From NCBI RefSeq assembly GCF_964204645.1, contig NC_134035.1, positions 10,758,451 through 10,822,450 on the forward strand: a stretch of 64,000 nt of DNA, in the 5' to 3' direction. The notes below the pieces were generated by a model. The model saw only the letters and a list, made by a program, of their open reading frames with translations. It was not told the DNA's origin and did no database searches. This document shows, piece after piece, positions 53,738 through 64,000 of the stretch. Source of the stretch: Tubulanus polymorphus (lineage: Eukaryota; Animalia; Nemertea). The translations under genes and the position numbers were made by a program. Position 1 is the stretch's first letter. The number at the start of each line of letters is the position of its first letter.

Positions 53738-53806
53738 TTCCTTCGCAGGGATTCGAACCCGATGGCGTCGCGAGACCCCGATACGGTTCGAGTCCCTGCA
53801 GAGGAA
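53738..53806. mobile_element. Inverted pair of SINE/tRNA B-box arms
   Basis: TTCCTTCGCAGGGATTCGAACC and GGTTCGAGTCCCTGCAGAGGAA are 22-bp inverted arms 25 nt apart. Confidence 0.55.
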
Positions 53807-54134
53807 TGAAATAAATCGCTACGCTTCGCATATGTTTTGGACGATATCGACGAAATACGATCAACTGAACGCCAATATTTTTAAGTTCGGATTCAGGATA
53901 CTTTGTAAATCGCAGATGATACATTTCCATCGATTCGAATCATCACTGAATGAGAAATTGTAACCCATCACCTGAACAGTAACACATGTAAATAAGAACA
54001 CGATCTATCTATGATGTGTAGTAAATAATGTATCATTCTTATGCGATTTTAAAAATCAATATTCATTCACTATTTCGCCGTTTCGATTGAAACAGTTATA
54101 CATACACCCTAGCATTGGTATTGTTAAAGATTAT

Positions 54135-54185
54135 AAATGTAATCGGAAGTGAATGTCACTTTGTACTTGAATGTCCCGAATACTT
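54135..54185 (+). mobile_element. Non-LTR retrotransposon ORF2 C-terminal zinc-knuckle relic
   Basis: Reads NVIGSECHFVLECPEY, matching the LINE motif IGDExHFxLxCPxY. Confidence 0.5.
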
Positions 54186-54789
54186 AATGTCACGATGCTT
54201 CCCGCACTGTTCAACTAGACTCAGTCACTCGAAGCTACTACATACCTTAATAGTTCCTTGTTAAGTTACTATTCAAAACAATACTCTGATCACACTACTA
54301 CTTTAGTTCTTGAAAATGGCTTTTTAATAAACCTCCATTACGTACCCCCTCAAAATCAATAAATTCATGCTATAACTGTTCTTAGCATTGCCATCAGATT
54401 CGACATTTACACAGCGTTATGTAGTAGGCCTGTATACTTTGTACAACGTTACGATAAAAAGATGAGATGAGATGAAAAAATTCCATTTTGATTTCTGTGC
54501 TAGATTGCAAAATCATCAAGTATCATCATTGAACTCCATGCGTTAGAGCTTGACGAGTCGGTTTTATCACCGTACACTCCTATAAATCAAAATATCTGCT
54601 AGCATGTCTTTCTTCGCCCTCGGCGACGAATACGTGTTACAAGAATCGACATTCGCGATTGACCGAAAAGAAAAAATCAGGAAATCACTGCGGCCGCAAC
54701 GTAATTGAAATCGAAATATGAAAATCATACGGAGCAATAAACATAACGTAGCGGGAATGATAAATTCATTGCAATAAACAAGATGGAAA

Positions 54790-54900
54790 GGTTTCCAGTA
54801 TAGAACATGGACACCTACTGTCCCCAGAATTATGAGAGCATTTGCAACCTTTGTGATGGTTTAGGTGATGAATTCCACCATATTTTATGTTTGCCATCAG
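54790..54900 (+). mobile_element. Non-LTR retrotransposon ORF2 C-terminal zinc-knuckle relic
   Basis: Frameshifted FPV/EHG followed by ICNLCDGLGDEFHHILCLP (CxxC..GDEFH..L.C motif). Confidence 0.6.
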
Positions 54901-57512
54901 TTATTATGAAAATGTTAGATCCAATGACACGCCTTAAAAGTATACCTGTGATCAGTGTCCAGAAATTTAGCAGGCGGTCGAAGGATATTCGTATTTTGGA
55001 ACAAGTAGCAGTAGCGGATCCGCAACAAACCAACAAAATATTTTGGAAAAGCCACTGCTTCTTGTGCAATTTCCAAGCGACGCTAAGGGCATGGGACTTA
55101 GACTACGGTAGCACGTGCCTCTGGTCCTAGCGTCTGAATCCACGTCTGAGTAGGAGCGTTCGTGGGTCATCTTATGAGACAATTCAGAGACTAAACGTCT
55201 TACTATACATACTGCCACCGATCGAAATAATGCGTATCTATTTTGTAAATTGAATTCGTTTGTTGTTATTATTCTTCTCATGGCTGTCATTACCTGTGTG
55301 ACTTTGAGTGTGTCGATACAGTCAAGTTAAAATCACAGTTAGAACTAAGTATCGAACTACGTAATTTATTTAGTTCGAGACGATCTCGTCTATTCAAGTC
55401 GAACTGTTCGCGGCTTCGTGATTTATTCATATCTGACTCGACGCGGTGAGTTTTTTCTTCCCGCAACAGATAAACGCTGACACACGGGCTGCGATCTTTG
55501 ACGTCATCTGACGACGACGACGATTGTGCGCAGTTTCATTTGCAATTCTATGCGGCAGGTCCGATACAGCCGACAATTGCCGACGGCTAATACAAGTCTT
55601 CATAATTCGTTTTTGTTGTAGAAGAAGGTAACACGTCGTAAATACGAATCGCGTGTTTGAATATTCCTAAAAGGAAGTTCGTCATCATTTGTCGGTAGTT
55701 GACAGTTGACAAAACCGGTTGATTTTTTCGGCGACGAAAGTGGTTTTCGTTTAAAAGCGCGCTCGGAATTTTCTGCCAGCGTGAATGAATGAATAGGCGC
55801 GATTAGAAAATGAATTCGAGAAAGTTCGATAAAAAGGGGTTCGACGCGATTGAAAATAGGTTATATCATTATGTCATATCATATATATTGCATCAAGGAA
55901 TTAATCTGTAAGACTTTGATACACACGAATACGTACCGATAATCCAATATGATCCGGCCGCTCAGGCCTAACAAATCTACAATAAGAAGTGTATAGTATA
56001 TCAAAAGGAAATAGAAAAAAATACCAGTGAATTTAAAAGATAACTTATCACCTTGAAAATAATGAAAAAGAACCGATGTTGGATCTGTAGTTTGATAGCT
56101 GTTTTATCCTATCTTTTCGATTAAATCTTAATCATATTTGAGCAAGGAGGCGACGAGTTCGTTCATGGACCCTCGTTCGTGCTTTGGTCGGGAATTATTT
56201 CTACATCAGCAAAATCCCCCGTAATACAACCGCTTTTGCGTGAACTGCAAATCCCCAGAACCGTTACACAGCAAAGAAACGGGAAGAAAATCTGACCCAA
56301 AGCTTCGCATTTCTTACAGCCCCGCGATTGATGTCATCAGCATTCATCGGCGTTTAAATATGACGAGCAAAACCCCCTATAGAAAATTGAACATGGCAAC
56401 GAAGAAAACAATTTGATTTGCATTATGGCGGATTATCTTACGGTAAAGGCAATTTGGCGTGATTTTGATGGAGCGTTTGCAGCGCGTCACGGTAGTGATT
56501 AGCCGGCTGAATTCGTAAACATTCAGTCTCTTGCTGTCGAGTTCCATATATGTATTTGAATATACACATATAAGGTCATCCATCATCATGCGACCGTCGT
56601 TGAGAAACTGCCAGAGGTCACTCCCTACTGATTATCGAAATAGAGCAACGAAAACATCCATTTTCATCCTCGCAATGAACTCATACTCTGTACGGGGCAA
56701 AAGGAAATAATTGGAATTGGCGATATGGGGAAAAGACGCTTTCTCATTTCTGCGCTGGCATTTTAAAGGGTTCCAAATCATTTATGCATAACAATGATAA
56801 TGGACGCATTGAATACGGCAAGGTGAAGATGAATTAGTACTTTTGAATTTATTGAGATTACGAGCTTGTGCGTCTAGTGCATAGTAGCGCAAATGAGTAC
56901 AGTCAATGCAGAAACAACAGTATTTATAAGGAGAGTGATAATAATTAGTGAAAACAGAGTGAGCAGGGTGATTATCGAATACGGTTAATCATTCTCCAAT
57001 CAACAGAAAAGAATATGTATAAGACCCAGAATATCGAATACTTTTATTCTTAATCAATCTGGACTTTTTAAATTTTCAAATAAATCTCTAAACAGATGGG
57101 TAGAATGATTCGATTCTTTTTTAATCTTCGAGATAGCGGGTCTTTTACAATATAGACTACGACTTGTCTAAATTGATTTAAACTAGCGCGTTTATGCCCC
57201 GAGCCCAATTAGAACGATTAAGTCGATGCTGTTTTGACATCACCCCCGCCGGTGGCACAATTTGAAATGTAATTATCGAATCGAAATCTCTGCATTGTAT
57301 TGAGCAACGATGAATGTCAGTATGAATTAATGGATTTCGTTCCGTCGATAGTTTTGCGTAACGGTGTTTTCTCAATATTTTTGAGATTTGGCACAGCGAT
57401 GGATGTATTGTCTGTGTTGGATGGAGTCTATGTTTTAAAGTTTGAGTTGATGAAATACAGAAAAGAAGGACAAAATGGAATCGTAATAAAAAACGACTCC
57501 CATTATCGTCAC

Positions 57513-57645
57513 GAAGATTCGTAGAGTAGCCGTGTTAACCGGGTTAAGAATAAAATGATGAGACAAGTAGTAATATATAGGTAAACTATTTATTTGACGC
57601 ACGAGCTTTCGCTACTGATGTATAGAAGCTTCATCAGGTGAATGA
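57513..57645 (-). mobile_element. Penelope-like terminal-repeat relic (family P2)
   Basis: Hammerhead followed by AATAAATAGTTTACC...TACTACTTGTCTC...AACCCGGTTAACACGGCTACTCTACGAATCTTC, shared with the 44.7 kb and 61.4 kb copies. Confidence 0.65.
57600..57640 (-). ncRNA. Minimal type I hammerhead ribozyme (PLE type), core intact
   Basis: Minus strand reads CAC-CUGAUGA-A-GCUUCU[AUACAUC]AGUAGC-GAAA-G-CUC/GUG, with an AGCU helix III palindrome. Confidence 0.7.
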
Positions 57646-57963
57646 ATATAGTAAGACCGCAGACTTGATACGTACCACAGATTCGAGTTTAGGATCGGTG
57701 AAAAGTTTCAGGCACGACGTCTTTTCATTATTCAATTTCTATATCGCCCTTTCACTACGATAGTATCACCCCTGCCTATAGCTCCCGGGTGAGGAGAGGC
57801 GACGAAGGAAAATGTCTAGGACAGGTTTCTGGTCCCAGAGTCCCCCCCCCCCCCAAATAGCCACAGTCAGGCATATAGAGAATATATTTTGAGATAAAAA
57901 CCTTTTTGTACAAATTAATGAGATAAAAAACAAAATTTGTTTATCAAAAATTGAAATCGAGAT

Positions 57964-58005
57964 ACACGACGTTTCAAACTTTCTCCACAAATCATCGTCA
58001 GGCAT
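57964..58005 (-). ncRNA. Degenerate minimal hammerhead ribozyme (same family as 16494)
   Basis: Minus strand reads AUGC-CUGACGA-U-GAUUU...AAGUUU-GAAA-C-GUC/GUGU. The core is intact but the stems are wobble-rich. Followed by the family tail ending GGTTTTTATCTC at about 57891. Confidence 0.55.
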
Positions 58006-61000
58006 TTCGTTTTTAAAAAATTCGTATAAGCTTGCTTTCATCTTATTCAGGACTACTACTCATTAACACAAGACCTCTATTCTTGACACGGTGGAAACGG
58101 TCAAACAAGTATATATTAGTAAACAGAGCATGAATCCATTAGTGACAGCTTAACGGTGCTCTAAACACTTCCTGAAAGCAGTAGTTAAAACAGTTACTGC
58201 CTCAGAAGTTTCGTTTTTTTCCACCTAACGGCTCGATGGTCATATCGTGATCACAAGTCGTAATCAGACGTATCATGATCACAAGTCGTTATCGGATAGA
58301 ATACTTAACTGCGTTGTTTAGCTCGAGGTCATCGGCGATTCTAGGTATTTTTCTCGGTCTTTTCGTCCTGGAGGTCGAATCATTCCGGGCCATCGCGTGA
58401 TTTATATTTCGAACATTCCTCGGGCGGTTATTGAATATTTCATTCGAAGATAAGCCGCTAGATAAATTGATGTAAGTTTATTTTCTGAAGGTGAGCTCGG
58501 GGTTCGGAACGTTGCTCGGAGCGTCGTCGCCGTTCGGCTCCCAACCTGCGAAGCGGTGATTGATCTTATACGTCGCTTGTTATGAATCCCATCGATCAAA
58601 ATACGACAACCTATTAGCTTCTTAACAAAATGGCCGTGTATCACGGCTGGCCAAGTTGAATTTAAATTTGCTGCAGTTAGCGCGACACGGTCGCTCATCA
58701 GAGCCGGATTATGCCAGACGTAATCTAATACACGGTTACGGAATCGTGTGACACCGGTAATAATAATCAGCGCGCGGTGCGGTCGTCGTCGTAAATGCGC
58801 TCGGTTCGTCTCTGCGTCTGTCGTCGTTCATCTTGAGAGGAAATCTCAGTCGATGTCATCGGCACGCAACACACGGACATTCACCGTCGACGAATCGGCG
58901 TGAGAATGACGAACGAACGGCGAATATTCCAACTCGAATGGAAATACTTTTAAATTGATATACTGCTACTAACCAAAATGATTTGAGCTAGAATGTGAAA
59001 TGCACCAAAAAAATACGTCTCATCTGGAAATATAGAGAAGTAGTCATTTAAATCCAATAATGATATGAACATCAGATGAATAATCCGTTTAACAAAGTTT
59101 TATTTCTGTTTGGTTTGTTTTGTATTGCTTTATGGCGTTATGCCGACATATATACGTATCTTCCATAAATGTAGTCAAAATGATGACAGATTTTTTGTAG
59201 ATAAACGAGATTTCATAAAAAAGTGACGTTAGTACTAGTATAGTAGCTACGTCAGGTATTGAACCTATAAAGCTAGTATATACTTAACTAGTTAGTATCT
59301 GTCTTTTACGATTACTGAGTTGACACCAGTAAACTCCTCTACAACTGTTTGTAGAGAAGGTAGAATCGCAAACATTTTCGTTCTTCATGTCTATGTTTCT
59401 ATTATAATCAGAAATCGATCAGAATTCTACGCAAAGGACATACATCTTACACACGCCTAACGAATCCCTTTTCACTCGATCGTGATATGCAGAAAATTTA
59501 GCCAATTCCCACGATCGATGTCGACACAAGTTATCTCATCAAAGTCATTCGACATGACTTCGCTGAAGAGTTACAATTTCCAGGTAACGAACGCTCGATC
59601 AGATTGCGAGTACCTCAACCGCAAACTGGCAATTAATTGTTTTGTAATGAGTGGGTTAATTCGTACGAAATTAGACATACTTCATACGAGTCGTATTATA
59701 CTCGTTGAATGTACCAAGTTCCTGAATCAAAAAGGGGACGAGTGTATGATGATAAATACAAGCTCTCATAAGAATTGATTTAAAAGTATCGCTTTGTTTC
59801 AGCTGCGCTCCAACCAGCCACACGTTTATTATAATATGCGCAATACGGGAATCCTCCACTTAAGGTACGGCGGTATTCGCACATTTTGTCTGCAACAGGA
59901 AATAAGTCGGAACAAATTGTTTAACGGAAAAGGCCAAGCGCCCCAGCTGCTTTACGTTTATCTGAAAATTATACCAAAATGCGTTAAATTCACACCCGAG
60001 TCCCGGAACTGAAAAGGGAGTGTTTACTTAGATTTGATTGGCTGGTTGTGCAACAGCTGGGGGATGGCGCCACCAGCTGGTGCTACGAATCGCAATAACC
60101 GCAGGGAGAATATCTTTCTGTCGCAAAATGCGCTGATGGACAACTATTCATTCGCACATCTTATGTTTAATGAAGAGAATGATATGTGCAGACACTCAAA
60201 CTCGCCTTGCAATTTTATGGATTTGAATGAACTGTGTTTGAATTAACGGTGTGATAACTTTGCCAAATATTGCAGTCCCACGGCTAAGATTAGGATTAGG
60301 ACCAGGATAATATTTAAACTTCAGCCATTTCTTTTGTGTATGGGGGGATATTGCAAAATATACAATATTTACGAAACAGAAAATAAAACTTGTCTTAATA
60401 AAATGTAACAAAGCTTTTAACAATTCATACATACACTGTTTACAACATACTAATTATTGGCGGGATCTACAGACGTACTTCCGATGAATATAGCAAACTG
60501 AATTTCTTAGCATATCACGATTGCCAAAAGAGTTTAAATTCAGATCGCTTTCACGGATTTCATTCAGTAGAGTGCAATATTAAAAAATGAAATGGAATTC
60601 ATCACCTAAAACACTGCAGGCAGCCTACTCTTGCTACGATTATGCCTCTAGGTGTCTAACGTTTACACTATGAAGGCTGAATTCTTGTCGGCGCCGAGAC
60701 ATCTAGACATGATTCAATCAGAAAATCCCTTTCATTAAACATATACATGTTTGCGAGGCGCGGATATATCTGCGGTAAATTGCCAGCTGATCGGGCCATT
60801 GTAGATATACGATGACCGATGTTGTAAACATTATAAACAGCTTCAAAACAACCATCGCGCCCAAACCATGAATATTGATGACTCGACGGTAAAGAACGCG
60901 ACCTCGAGCGGTAGATACACGATGAAATGGCGGTGATCATTGCGCAGAGGCTTCTCCGGGGATCAATTGCAATAGATCGAACAAACGGTGTCAGTCCGCT

Positions 61001-61204
61001 CCGATGACATCAATCATAAGTTCAGTTCCGGTTATTACTGGCAGCCGACACTGGCAGGAAGTTATTTTCAAGCGCGGGGTTACGAAGTCATCGCGCGCGG
61101 TGAGATATCAACTCATCCCATCATTTTCCGCCATATTATTATCTTTAAAGGAGGCAGTACATCGACGAAAAGGACAGTATACGTAATAAATGATAAACAG
61201 TATT

Positions 61205-61512
61205 TGGAAGAATAACTTGATTTTATCAAAACTACGAACTTTCCCTGTTGTAGCGTATCAATTAAATGAATCATATAATCATATCATCTTTTATAACCTT
61301 AAAGTGCACTTACAAATCTATCGACATAATATTTACATGGTATGTATGGCTTATGAAAAATAGATATACTACTTTACTATACCTGACGAAGCTATACTAT
61401 ACGCAAGAAGCGAAAGCCCGTGATTTTGATAAAATCAAGTACAGTTAATCTTTAAAGATGTTAAAATTTGTATTTGCCAACTTATTCTATACCAGGTTAA
61501 CACGGCTACTAC
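61205..61512. mobile_element. Penelope-like relic, divergent inverted pair (P2-related)
   Basis: Plus strand 61380-61422 reads TAC-CTGACGA-A-GCT...AGC-GAAA-GCCC-GTG, followed by a tail ending CCAGGTTAACACGGCTACT. 61215-61244 is an inverted copy of 61410-61440. Confidence 0.6.
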
Positions 61513-63694
61513 TTAAATAAGTCTGTATAGTACATAGTTCCTATAAAATTTCGTCGATTCCCCAAACAAGCAATTTTTTCATTGATATATTAGGAGAAAA
61601 CGTTGCAGCAAGAGCTCATTGTATTTTCTTTCCACATAAAAAGTTCAGGGAAGATGTTGTTGTGTTGGTAAATGGCGGTATAAATTTTTGGACACTGGCT
61701 CGTAGAGCCCTATGGCGTTTTTAAGTTACAGTACAATCCACTGCAAAAGATCTTACTTTTTTTCTGTAAACATTGAATCGACATTAAGGAAATGATGAAA
61801 AAACCTGAAAAGATGATATCTCCTCAACTGTTCGTAAACTAGGCTGATGTCGATGTCAGGCGATAATAAAGGTTACCGTATTCTATCCTTACTGAGCGAG
61901 GCTACGGCCTCTTTTCATTTACAGGATTTCAAAAATGAACAGACAAAATCCGAAATAGTTTTTAATCCGGTCGTTCGTATTCTTATAGGGTATCGGCGAG
62001 AGATTCGATCTGCATTTAGGAAGCTTCGGCATAAACGCGATAAATGAAGAGTACATTTCGTGTTATCGTACAATAACAACAACTCGTGTTACAGCGAACC
62101 CGTACGTCGTCGGACTGATAAGAAGAATTCATTCTCTTAAAGAATGACTGAGTTGAAATTCGAGTCGGTGTGGATTATTTTTTAATGATTTATTGCAGAT
62201 GCGTAGGAAGTTAGATGCGATGGCGAAAATTGAAAGTTCTATTAACAAATGGCTGTAAACGTGGACGAGGTCGAGGAACAAAGCTTTCATATAGATAATT
62301 TGTATCTTTGACTCGCTATATGTCCATGATGCGTATCGTTTTACATTACGTTTGATGTTTTACTTGCTGATTAATTCAAAATTATGCTCCACGGCATATG
62401 TTCATATATTTCCACGGCATAGATCTTCCAACGCCTTTTCCAACTCTACCGCAGCTACCATTCATACTCAGTAAGAAATTGAAGCGATCCAATGTCATCG
62501 AGAAATATTATTCTTAAGCTTATATATATATAATTTCGTCTCGGTGACGAATATTCACCGGTAGCCTTCTTCAAAAATAACAACGAGAAAAACATAATGC
62601 TGATTTGATAACTCAACATTAAACACCAAAGATATTTTTGAATTTGAAATTGAATATGAAAAAACTGAACATGATATAACAAATATTGACTTACAATTTC
62701 AAGAATGAAAATAGAAAGTCGACCTAACATATCTTTCTAGATTTCTTAGATGATATCCTCGGGACTTTTCCGAACTAACCAAAAAAAGAAAAAAATTCTT
62801 CTATTTCAAAGAGTCTAAGAATATCAATTAATCGTAGCATTTCTCAGGGGTTGCTGAGTGTGTTCTATTATTTTGATTAGTGTCTTCCTTGATGTCAATT
62901 ATCCTAATGGTTAGGTATCACTTGTTTCGTATGGCGTTTGATGTCTAGAAATAGAGGAACCCTGTCTCTCAAGTTAGTTGTGGCTCGTTTCTATTGATAA
63001 TTTCAGAGACTCTTGGTTTCACACGCAGTATTTTCTCTAGACATCGCCGCGTTCGTCCGTGATTAGCCAACACTTTTTTCAAAGCATTAACTCGAACGCA
63101 CTAAAACGACGCTTACGTGCAAGGGTACAAAGGTAAATGCGGTTTAGTTTGCCAATTATGTGAGCGGGGCCTAAAAACATCAGAGCTAAATCTCGTTTAT
63201 CGAAGGTTCATAACGCGCTCCTAAATGTATTAGAGACTGGCTCGGTTGAGAAAAGAATAGATTAAGTCCTCAAATTTAGATTTCTTTTTACAAACGCATC
63301 GATAAGGACACAAAACAATTTATTTAGTAGACGAGTTTATGGATAGTCGCAAAAATACATAAATCTGGAGGTATTTTTGGTTGTAATCACCGCTGTTGTT
63401 CTCTTACCTCTGCCCGACTAATGAAGAGAACTAGAGCGGTACTTAGGTGGGGCTGACAGATTGACAAAATTCAAACGATAACTTATGCTTTACTTATTGA
63501 ATAAGCCTGGACTTCAAAATTTGCGTTTCCTTTATCATAAATAAAATTGATATAGCTTCGTTACAATATGTACCATGAAATACTTAATAGTCTATGAAAG
63601 ATAGTCCAATATCGCGCACCATTTATGTCTTTTAACTGATATATCCCAAAGATAAAAATCGAACATTCTCCCGGCGGTATGTCTCGATAGTCCC

Positions 63695-64000
63695 GAGTTA
63701 GCAGCTTCCTAACTGGCGTATTGCATGACCGACAGATATTCTGATATTCCATGCGAGTATTCTAACCAGCGAAATGGTAACAATCCAGACAGAGGATCTG
63801 AACTTCAAAAAGATTTTGCGATGCTATAGCGTCAACTTAAGCAAAGATTCGAACCTAATAGCGCCGAGACTCGATGCCGTGCTAGAGAAAGCAAACCCTT
63901 ACGTGGAGTCACAACCCTTGGGTAGACCCAATCAGATGACTCGTTGTGTACGTATATACCCCCTCCGTAATGTTGCCTGAAGTATGAGCAATGACGCGCC
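63695..64000 (+). mobile_element. Possible degenerate Gypsy-type gag fragment
   Basis: Broken reading LAAS/LTG...DFAML*RQLKQRFEP...ESQPLG...IR*LVV...YPS resembles LTR-retrotransposon gag motifs (L.xRF.P; ESL.ELG.DIRRL...AYP). Contains stops and frameshifts. Confidence 0.35.

Noticed and set aside
57600-58005. Heterodimeric cleavage by the two neighbouring minus-strand hammerheads
   Set aside because: Their helix III palindromes differ (AGCU versus ACGU) and would not pair with each other.

Overview
Eukaryotic (animal) genomic DNA: AT-rich, CpG not depleted, repeat-rich and mostly non-coding. The style suggests a marine invertebrate, but the species cannot be determined from the sequence. One complete protein-coding gene is supported, a two-coding-exon von Hippel-Lindau (VHL) orthologue at 29295-29610 + 30212-30363 (+, 155 aa). 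About 2.7 kb downstream is a probable first coding exon of a secreted or membrane protein (signal peptide with a phase-1 GTAAGA donor, 33056-33140, +), which is too short to appear in the ORF track. I could not find its next exon, so the last ~31 kb may be intron. The rest is a patchwork of palindromic MITEs (several with 3-bp CWG-like target duplications, PIF/Harbinger style), LINE, SINE and possible Gypsy relics, micro- and minisatellites, and a 394-bp (TA)n-centred palindrome. The most notable signal is a set of about 8 loci carrying minimal type I hammerhead-ribozyme motifs of the Penelope-like-element (PLE) kind, from at least four sequence families. Four of these loci are compact divergent inverted pairs with no coding capacity.
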